A stretch of DNA of 63,151 nt, the filler included, from Octopus bimaculoides (Eukaryota), in NCBI RefSeq assembly GCF_001194135.2. It is 6 parts of 6 records of this genome, joined end to end, with 100 filler letters (N's around TTAATTAATTAA, not from the genome) between each part and the next. Parts side by side here need not be neighbours in the genome. Positions count along the whole stretch, not along the records: positions 9,259 to 38,782 come from NC_069006.1; 5 more parts are not named here. One strand, given 5' to 3'. Positions 9,723-19,300 of this stretch are shown here, in pieces. Each line of letters starts with the position of its first letter. Within the stretch, counting starts at the first letter, position 1. The position numbers and the translations under genes were made by a program. The notes under the pieces are model-generated. The model had not been told where the DNA came from, ran no database searches, and saw only the letters and a list, made by a program, of their open reading frames with translations.

Positions 9723-12594
9723 CTTAAGTAGAACACCATCATTATAATCCCACTGGATAATAGTCTCATCCAGAGAACAGGACAGAATCTGTGAAATAAA
9801 GAAATCCTCAATATTTAAAATCTTCAAGAATGATAAATCACACTGCAATGGACTGACCGGAGCTCTATGAGTAAAATTTGTTAAGAATGATTGAGACCTT
9901 TGACATTATACATTATGTACAATTGACGGATATTTGTCCTCATCTTAATTGTTGTTAACACAATGTTTTGGCTGATATACCCTCCAGCCTTCATCAGGTG
10001 TCTTGGGGAAATTTCGAACCTGGGTTCTCATTCCTAAGGTATTTTTTGATGTTGTTATTATATGGCGTAGTGGTTAAGAGCGCGCGCTACTAACCCCAGG
10101 ATTCTGAGTTTGATTCCAGGCAGTGACATGAATAATAAAAATAACATCAAAAAATACCTTAGGAATGAGAACCCAAGTTCAAAATTTCCCCAAGACACCC
10201 AATGAAATCTGGAGGGTATATCAGCCGAAATGTTGTGTTAACAACAAACAAGATGAGGACAAATATCCGTCAATTGTAAATAATGTACATAATTGCTCAT
10301 CTCTTAAACATAGACCTTTGACATTATGTCATGCTTGAGAAGAAGACCCATCAAGCCAAGTAAAATTGCAGTCGTGGCAGATACTGGTGTCACACAAATG
10401 GTACCCATGCCAGTGGCAAGTAAAAGCACCCACTACACTCTCGGAATGGTTGATGTTGGGAAGGGCATCCAGCCATAGAAACCATGCCAAATCAAACTGG
10501 AGTCTGGTGCAGCCTTCCAGCTTGCCAACCCTGGTCAAAGCATTTAACCCATGCCGCATGGACAACAGACATTAAATGATGATGATGATGAAGGTAACTG
10601 AAGGAAAGCCCAACAGATGAGAGAAAGATGAAACTCAGAGTAGTAAGGGACATGATGCCCAGGGCAAGTACTTAGGTTGCCTGTACTTTCACCCAGCTCT
10701 GGTATCAGGTTAAACACTGAGGTTGATATAATTGACTAAAACCTAAAGTGGAGTCCCATTGTCATTGCAATACAAAAACAGAAACCAATAAAAGAATAAA
10801 AGTAAAATAAATTTTAAAAAATAAACAACGAAAAATGAACATAGTACTCACCTGTAATTTATTCATAGGGTGAACCAGAACACCTGTGATTGTTTTAGTG
10901 TGACCCCGTAATTTATGTACACATTCACCTGTTTTCAAACTGTAGACCACTACAACTGTATTCGAGGCACAGATGAGCCATCTGAGAAAAATAAAGAGAA
11001 AAAAAAAACTAAATACTGGGTCATCCCATAAATAATGCAGTTTTTTTTTTTATACGTCTGGTATTTTTCAAAATTAAGATAGACAAAGTTCTTTTTTAAT
11101 CTAAAATATACCCTCCTTCATTTTCTACAATGCTCTTCCATCTATCTGGTAGACTTGCACGGACCCGCTTCCAAAAGTCTCTTGTCCATAATGAAAAATA
11201 CTCCTTGAGTACTGTTCTGACGTCATCTACAGAATTCAAATTCTTTCCATCCAAATTCTGACAGCTAATACCATGACAGTGCCGGGGTAACGTCCGGCAA
11301 ATATGGTAGGTGGGGCATCGTTTCCCATTTAAACTCCATCCTTTGGAATGTCATCCTTGCTGTATGTAGCCAAGCATTATCCTGATGGAAGGACACCTTT
11401 TGTCTTCAAACCAAAGATGATCATTTTTCTTCTAGTGCTGACTCAAGCTGCTCACAATAGATTTCCTTTGTTTAGTCTGATCTTTCTTGAAAAGGAAAAG
11501 TCTCCTCATATTTTAGTACTCCTGTATTTCATACAAGGGAAATTAGTTCTGAAAAAATCCACGACGACCACCACCATTAAATTTTTTTTCTTTTTCTGTT
11601 TCTCCTGAGCTATTATAAAACAGCTGTCCCTCTGTCCTCGAGGGGCAGTTATTTCGAGTGTTTCTGCGCTTCTATCAGGTACACGTTGAAGGAAACCTTT
11701 TTTCACAGTGGTGTCATAGCAAAGGTTCCGTTTACATATTCTCCATCTGGACCGTTATTTCAATACTCCGCCAGAAAAGGTAGTGTCAAAACATTACAAA
11801 AATAATGAACCAATTAGGAAGAGATCGTGCATCCCTCGATTTGCTAGAAGTGGCAGCCAAATCATAACTTTGTCTTACATATACACGCACATTTCATGTT
11901 ATGGTTAGAAGCGATGAACATGACAAGAACCAGTGTCCAGTAGAACCACTCCAGATCCTAGTAAGGGTACTCGTATAAGTTGAGTAAAGACTAACTAGCT
12001 TTGAGTTGAGTATATATGTATACATATGAGGAGAGTGAGATAGAGATTGGATAACGTATTCTGGTAACATTTGGAATGTCTCTAACTAAAGACATGCGGT
12101 ACTACTAAAGCAGCACGGTCCCGAACGCGCAGTCGCGAGTGGTCGATCCTAACCCTATCCCTAACCCTAACCCGCGTGTGCAAATGAATACGTGTTTAGG
12201 ATTAGGGTTAGGATCGACCACTCACGACTAGCTAGCGCGACTGCGCGTTCGGGACCGTGCTGCTTTAGTAGTACCAGGCATGCTATATCAGAAGTAGATT
12301 GACGGAAACTAAGCTAAAAATTAAAAAAACAAAACAAAACCAGAATTAATCTCAACCTCACACTATAGGAACAAATTATTTTACAAATTTCCAATAAAAC
12401 TGAACCAGATATCATTAGGGAATTATTGCAGGGACTATTGACGTATATGAATATACGCAGACACTTCGATATCTTTCAAGTAAGGAACGAATACTCATTT
12501 CTCAAGCGATTAAAATGATGACTTACCTGGAATCGTATGAACAGATGGGTCGGTAGCCGACAAGATAGCCCGATCCTACGCTTACAATGGACAT
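9723..12594 (-). CDS. WDR75: WD repeat-containing protein 75 (UTP17, SSU processome), 5' portion only (exons 1-3)
   Basis: Minus-strand exons 12594-12527, 10981-10852 and 9788-9723, all GT-AG, phases consistent. They translate to MSIVSVGSGYLVGYRPICSYDSRWLICASNTVVVVYSLKTGECVHKLRGHTKTITGVLVHPMNKLQILSCSLDETIIQWDYNDGVLLK, which matches the human WDR75 N-terminus as I recall it (..VYSTVTEECVHILHGH..LYSCSLDGTIKLWDY..). Later exons not found in 1-9700 (in gaps or outside the window). Confidence 0.9.
9957..10002 (-). ncRNA. Degenerate minimal type I hammerhead ribozyme motif (left arm)
   Basis: Minus strand reads GACAC-CTGATGA-A-GGCTG..CAGCC-AAAAC-ATT-GTGTT. The CUGAUGA box is intact; GAAAC is altered to AAAAC. 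Confidence 0.6.
10194..10239 (+). ncRNA. Degenerate minimal type I hammerhead ribozyme motif (right arm)
   Basis: Reads GACAC-CCAATGA-AATCTG..CAGCC-GAAAT-GTT-GTGTT. The GAAA box is intact; the CUGAUGA box is mutated. Confidence 0.55.
11060..11400 (-). mobile_element. Decayed mariner transposase C-terminus
   Basis: Minus strand reads EFKWETMPHLPYLPDVTP (HPPYSPDLAP-like) and ..LDGK..SVDDVRTVLKEYF..VENEGGYILD*. Confidence 0.65.
12098..12275. mobile_element. 178-bp palindromic MITE-like element with internal CCCTAA/TTAGGG repeats
   Basis: Perfect 40-bp terminal inverted repeats at 12098-12137 and 12236-12275, a further inner inverted match, and telomere-like hexamers next to the centre. Confidence 0.7.
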
Positions 12595-12599
12595 ATTTA

Positions 12600-12680
12600 A
12601 CAACACGTGCTAAACACGAACGTCGCCATTAACAGCCGGACTAAGCGGAAGTTGTCTCTTATTCACCGGTGTAAGTAGTC
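12600..12680. promoter_or_regulatory. CpG-rich WDR75 5' region, possibly a shared divergent promoter
   Basis: E-box CACGTG at 12604-12609 and ETS-like CGGAAGT at 12646-12652. Local CpG enrichment in an AT-rich genome. Confidence 0.5.
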
Positions 12681-13284
12681 TAGTTTCCCCTCTCCTAATT
12701 ATTGTACACGGCAAGTTTTATCCTGTTGATTTGAAACCTGTTTAAGTATCAATACACGAAACTCTCGACCCTTGGGTCACTCTGTAACTTATGTAACTTA
12801 ATAAAAAAAAAAAGAAATTTGTATATTTTGAGTTTTATTTTCTTCTGTAACACCAAACCGGTAATTTCCTATATTGTGTTCGTAAAATCGAATTTGTTTT
12901 AGTTTCAATTTCATTTCAATTCGATTGTCATGTCTTGTTGATCCCTTATTGCTCCTCGTTTTATTGTGAATTCCCAACGAAATACTTACAGATCAGTAGA
13001 TAATCGATGAAAGGCATACAATTACGACACTGGCTCGATCTTTGCCAGATTCAGCGACTTGTATTCCTTGATGTGCCCGCCGTGGATTGTTGAAGAATTC
13101 TCACATGTGCCCAAGGCACAATTTTCCAGCTAATTTTCGTCTTCTACAGTCAATGAGTTATTTTAGTGTAACATAATATCTCAGACTAGGTCTGGCTCAA
13201 GGTACCGGCAATACAGACAGTCACCCGGGGCGCCAAGACAAGGAAATTTCCACGATCGTCAGAACGTAAAGACGGACGAAATAC

Positions 13285-13820
13285 CTATTTCTTTACTGCC
13301 CACAAGGGGCTACACACAGAGGGGACAAACAAGGACAGACAAATGGATTAAGTCGATTATATCGACCCAGTGCGTAACTGGTACTTAATTTATCGACCCC
13401 GAAAGGATGAAAGGCAAAGTCGACCTCGGCGGAATTTGAACCCAGAACGTAAAGACAGACGAAATAACGCTAAGCATTTCGCCCGACGTGCTAACGTCNN
13501 NNNNNNNNNNNNNNNNAAGGCAAAGTCGACCTCGGCGGAATTTGAACTCAGAACGCAGTGGCAGACGAAATACTGCTAAGCATTTCGCCCGGCGTGCTAA
13601 CGATTCTTTTCTACTCTCGGTACAAGGCCCGAAATCTTTGGGGAGGAGGCCAGTCGAGTAGATCGTCCCCATTACGCAACTGGTACTTAACTTATTGACC
13701 CCCGAAGGGATGAAAGGCAAAGTCGACCTCGGCGGAATTTGAACCCAGAACGTAAAGACAGACGAAATAACGCTAAGCATTTCGCCCGACGTGCTAACGT
13801 CTCTGCCAGCTCGCCGCCCT
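13285..13820 (-). mobile_element. Cluster of Nin-domain-like tRNA SINE copies
   Basis: Repeated GAGGTCGACTTTGCCTTTCATCC(T/C)TTCGGGGTC(G/A)ATAA..AGTACC (minus strand) with head GGCGGCGAGCTGGCAGA. Other copies at 23586-23886, 45509-45730, 55180-55320, 60190-60370. Confidence 0.72.
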
Positions 13821-15257
13821 ATAGTTAAGATTATTGATGAGCCCAAAGATTGCGCAGGACTTATTGCTGAATGCTACGACGGCATTTATTTATTTATTAT
13901 TGTTATTATTATTTTACTTTGGAAACAGTCTCCCCGAGGGCGGTTTTAACAGAGTTATAAATCCTCAGGTAGAGCAATGCTTAGCGCTCCCACTTCCTAC
14001 GTACACAACAACGACATTAATAGATTAGCATTGGACCCCCTAGATTTGTGTGTCCATTCTTAAAGACAGCACAAGTCTCCTCCAAGGCTATGGTAAAAAA
14101 AAAAAAATTACTAAAAATGTCACGGGCTGGGATTGAACCGGAGACCGCGTGATTGCGAAGTCAACTTCTTAACCAGTAGCGGGATCTTATGAAATATTGC
14201 CCATTCTCGACGAACTTTCTTAAAATATAATTTGACAAATATAATGTATATCACGGAGTGCATCGTAAGAGAATCTCAGAAACTTATTGGAGTCAGGCCT
14301 AAAAATAAGTAAAAAGCAAATTATAGCATTATGCGCACCATACAAGAAATTATAAGATGCCCAAGTACTGCAGGCGACCCATGCTTAATCTTACCATATG
14401 TAAATAGTCAGTCAAGCGACCTGTCCAATCACAGGCCTGCAGTTATATAACCCGCTGAGCCATTCATTTAATTTCGTTTTGGAATACAAATCGCCCGGTT
14501 GTATCGTATTAGAGATTTCCAGTTCTGACAGTGCAGCATTTAGCTAAGCAATTTCAAGCTGAAAAGGTGGGTAACATTTTATTCTTTGTGTGTGTTTGTT
14601 ATTATGTTCAGTCATAAAATACAATTTTACATTATGTTGTGTCTGGGGAGAGTCATTTTCTTTTGGTGCCTTATAATTTAACACACTCACCAGTAAAATT
14701 TTCCAATTATTCCTTATTTGTATTCTCCTAAAATTTTCGTTGCGTCTTGCAACCTTTTCAATAGTCTTGGGATCAATCTAATCGACTGGCCCCCTCCCCC
14801 ACTTTTACTGGTGAGTGTGTTAANNNNNNNNNNNNNNNNNCTCCCCAGACACAACAGAATATGCTTCAACACACGAACTCACATAAAGAATCTTGCAAAC
14901 CAAATCCAAAAACGAAATTTTACATTAATCTGAACGGTTACTTTATACTTGTCTGGCGTATGGATTTATTATTTTCTTGCAGTGACTTCAAAGTTTTAGC
15001 CGAAACTTCTAAGCCATTGTCAATAATATCCTAGCCTAAGAATTATATATATATTGAACTGGATTGCTTATGTCCTGTCCACTGCAAGACGAAGGCCTCA
15101 GCATGCTCTCTCTGTCTAATAGGGTCTGATGTGGAGGCCAGGAATTTGAGCTTGAGATCATAAAGATTTGACGAGCCTACTCTACCGCACTGGCTGGACA
15201 TGACATAGCAGAGGGGTAGAGTTAAAAAAAAAAAAAAATTATAGCCTTACTCTAGAG

Positions 15258-15529
15258 CAGGGGTTTTCAAACTTTTTGACTTGCGGACCCCTTTATATTT
15301 CAGGCTTTACCTTAGGTCCCTTATAAACACTTATGAAATTTATACATAAATATTTGTTTAAAATAACATGCATTTTTACATTTGTTTATCTAACAGTATT
15401 TAACAAATAGGTTTATTGTCAATTAAAAGATTTCGATTAAAAACCATATATAAAATCAAATTGCCCATAAAAAGTGTTTGCTGTTCACGGACACCCTGTG
15501 GTCCGCGGACCACAGTTTGAAAACCACTG
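15258..15529. mobile_element. hAT (Charlie-like) MITE, 272 bp
   Basis: TIRs CAGGGGTTTTCAAAC / GTTTGAAAACCACTG. Perfect 8-bp TSD CTCTAGAG at 15250-15257 and 15530-15537 (NTCTAGAN is the Charlie-type target). Confidence 0.88.
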
Positions 15530-16196
15530 CTCTAGAGTAATTAAGTCTATTAAAACGACTCCAGTGCTCAACTGCTACTTATTTTATCGACTGTGAAAAT
15601 ATGAAAGGCAAAAGCTCTGTACTCGACTAATGCTTCTTTCTAAAGAATATGTATATTGAGTTAGTATCGCTATGCCTAATGTATATATATTATACAAGGT
15701 TGTCAGATAAATTCGTTCTTTCTTTTTTTCTTCTTTATTTTAATCTTTGTTTTCCATCAACAATTTTAACAAATTGGTCAATAATTTATTCCCCTCCTTC
15801 ATTGTTCCCCGGCTTCTTGCCGTTGGTAAGCAAGCTACTTAGCACACAGCCACTCCTACTCCTATAATTAGCTTTTTATTAAATGTAAGGGCAGCATGCT
15901 ATGGGCATGGTTTGGATTCTTGAAACAGACTGCACGTCGTTTCCAAGAGTCGGACACGCCATTTCATATTGTTTCAGTACATTTAGCTGAAACATAATTG
16001 ACTATCGTTTGTGTACAGTAAATTACGCAATAAAATTTAATACAGTGATTTTCATGATACGAATTTTTCCAGGGTTGATTTTGCCTTTCATTCTTCTGGT
16101 ATCAGTAAAAACAAGTTCATAAATTTCAGGCCATGTGCTTATGTTAGGAAGGGTTGTTGTTGTTGCTAATTTCTCTCTTTTGCATAAACAGAAACA

Positions 16197-16339
16197 ATGT
16201 CAAATGGTTTGAAGAAACTCTTTCGCTTGAAAACTTTAAGAAAAGACGACTTAGAGAGATCTAACCTTGCTCGTGTGTTGAATGTAGCTGATTTGATTTT
16301 TCTGAGTAAGTATCTGTCTGTCTCTCTCTCTCTCTGTCG

Positions 16340-16375
<36 letters not shown>

Positions 16376-19300
16376 GTCGCTGTGTGTGCGTCTCTCTCTC
16401 TGTCGCTGTCTCGCTGTCTCTCTCTCTGTCGCTCTCTCTCTCTCTCACTGTCTCGCTGCCCCTCTCTCTCTCGTCCATTCCCAACCTGTAATTTCATTTG
16501 ATGGTGTAATAAAGTCTATTCTTTTTATCTTTTTGTTTATTTCTGTTCCTGCTAAAGGTCTTGGTTGCACAGTGGGAGCTGGGGCCTACATCTTAACTGG
16601 AAAAATCGCCTTCAGTGTGGCCGGTCCTTCGATTGTTCTATCTTTCCTCGTCGCTGCTCTTTCTTCACTACTTGCAGGTAAAAACAAAACAAAAAAAAAT
16701 CATTATTCTCATATAACTAACTCGTATAACTCCTATAACATCAAGGTAACTCTCCACGACATCAGGGGTTCTCAGACTGCCAAAACCAGGCCTTATCCAC
16801 CCATCATCATTTACTGTCTGCTTTCCATGCTGGCATGAGTTAGAAGGTTTGACTGAAACTGAAGATGGAGAGCAGTGCCGAGTTCCAGTCTGATTTGGCA
16901 TGGTTTCTATGGCTGGATGCCCTTCCTAAAACCAACAGTCGCTGTTTTGTTCTAATGCTTTTCCCTGTCATCGTTCCAGCTTGTTGTTATGCGGAATTTG
17001 GAGGAAGAATCCCCCGTGCAGGCTCTGCCTATACTTACACCTACATAACTCTTGGAGAATTGCTGGCCTTCATTGTTGGATGGAGTCTCATATTGGAATA
17101 TGCTATTGGTAAGCTGACTATTTCTAAAGGATTTCAAGATGGTGAGTGTTTGTGGATTCATAGTTTGTGACGTTTATTTCCATTAGCATTGGTTGATTTT
17201 TCTGCATAGATAATCTAATTAGGCTTAGATAACACTTAGATATTGGTGTCTAGTTTTGGGAGATTCTGTGGTACACACACACACACAGAGCCAAAGAGAC
17301 CTCTAGATGTTCAATATGGAAATTGTGTTCCAGCATAGAAAACATGTTAAACAATGATGGTGGTGGTGTTAATGTTATTGTCATTTTTCTTCCTCTATCT
17401 CCAGGTGTCGCCAGTAATGTGAAAGCTTTAACCACCAATTTCGATAGTATGATTAGCGGAAATATCTCAGCATATTTAAAATCTGTCCTACCGATGAAGT
17501 CCTACATTTTTGGAACTTACCCTGACTTTCTAGCATTTTCCATCGTAATGCTTTTAACATGTAAGTACAACACATTGACATCTTCATTGCTATGCACTGT
17601 ATCTCTGACTGGTTGGCGTTAGGAAAGGCAATCCAACGGTAGAAACCTTGCTAAATCGGACTGGAGTCTGGTACAGCCCCTCAGCTGACCAGCTCTGGTC
17701 AAACCATCCAACCCATGCCAGCATGGACAGTGGACATATGATGATGTATCATGAATTGCATTACATCATCGTATAGTTACATTGATAATTTTCATTCTAG
17801 ATTTTTTGCCGTTATCTTTTACTTGTTTTAGCCACTACTGTGGCCATGCTGGGGCACTGCCTTGAAGGGTTTTAGTTGAACAAATCGACCCCAGTACTTG
17901 TTTTTTTTAAAGCCTAGTACTTATTTTATTGGTGTCTCTTTTTGCTGTATACCTAAGATACAGGGATGTAAACAAACCAACACTGGTTGTCGCACAGTGG
18001 GGAACAATCATACATACATACATACATACATACAACGGGCTTCTTTCAGTTTCTCTACCGATATGAAAAATAAAAAATTTATTTCATGATTTATTATTGT
18101 AAATATTTTTGAATTACTTATGTATATATATGGAGGCACCAAAATCTTTTAAGTGCTTCGGGCCTCTAGGGGCCTTAATCCGGCCCTGCTTGAAATCCAA
18201 ATTACAAAGGAATAACAGTTGCAAACAATCATATTATCTTTCAGCCATTTTGATCTTTGGGGTGAAGGAATCTGCCATTGTGAACAACGTAGCCACTGGA
18301 ATCAATTTATACGTTCTCTGCTTCATCATCATCTGTGGATTCTTTAAAGCGGATCTCAAGAACTGGACTATCAAAAACGAGGTGAATGAGTTAGCCTTCA
18401 TTTTTTTTTTACATTTTTCTTTTTTAACTTGTAAAAGCACTTGACTTTTCAGCATTTTTTGAAGCACCACCATCACCACGCCATTATTCTCTACTATCTT
18501 AATATTATTTCATCTCAACTAAATTTCTGCTTAATCAGGAGATAAACCATGTGCACAGGCACACCATTTTATTGGCGTTGCTGTTTTATTAAGCAGTTCA
18601 TGTGACCTGAATTGACGATGGAGACCAATCTCTCTTTTCAGCTCTTGTTCATGTACTCTCTTTCTCTCTCTCTAGTACTCTCTCACTTGTTTTCTTCAGA
18701 ACTCTCACTCCTTCTCACATGAACCATTTCTTTGTTTCTTTTTTTTTTTGTTTCTTTTCTCAGATTGCTTCTGCCGGAAAAGGTGGGTTTTTCCCTTACG
18801 GTGTGTCTGGAATGTTCCAAGGAGCAGCCACTTGTTTTTACGCGTTTGTTGGGTTTGACACAATTGCCACTACAGGTAAGTAGAGATCTTCAACAAGTTT
18901 CAAATTTTTCAAGGCAGTTCCCCAACATGGCCACATTCTAATCTCTGAAATGAGTAAAAGATGACATCACAAAATCTCTTAAGCCAACTTGAGACCCGAT
19001 ACAAGATGTTCGGTCTCACATGACAATGACAAACTTACCCTAATGAATTCTCTGGTTTATTTTTCAGGCGAGGAGGCACAAAATCCACAAACTACAATAC
19101 CACTGAGTATTCTAGTTTCACTGCTGATAATCACATTGTTGTATGTAGGGGTTTCTGCGGTGGTGACCCTTATGTGCCCTTACTATCTTGTCGATCCTCT
19201 CACACCACTTACCAAAGTCTTTGAGTATGTTGGTTGGGGCCGTTACAATATTATCATCTACATTGGCATTGTGTGTGCCCTGTCTACCAGGTAAGAACAA

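Larger units (their letters stand above)
9894..10327. mobile_element. Non-autonomous element: tRNA-like core between inverted ~150-bp arms, each with a degenerate hammerhead ribozyme; 16-bp flanking direct repeat
   Basis: Arms ~9909-10060 and ~10133-10287 are reverse complements. Core 10063-10127 has box A (TGGCGTAGTGG) and a box B-like GTTTGATTCC. AGACCTTTGACATTAT occurs at 9894-9909 and 10312-10327. Confidence 0.75.

Noticed and set aside
12140-12220. TTAGGG/CCCTAA units as an interstitial telomere or chromosome-fusion scar
   Set aside because: Only a few degenerate units, enclosed by long TIRs; better explained as part of a foldback element.
16197-16838. 213-aa single ORF
   Set aside because: It reads through a (CT)n/(CTGT)n intron. 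The true structure is CAT exons 1 and 2.
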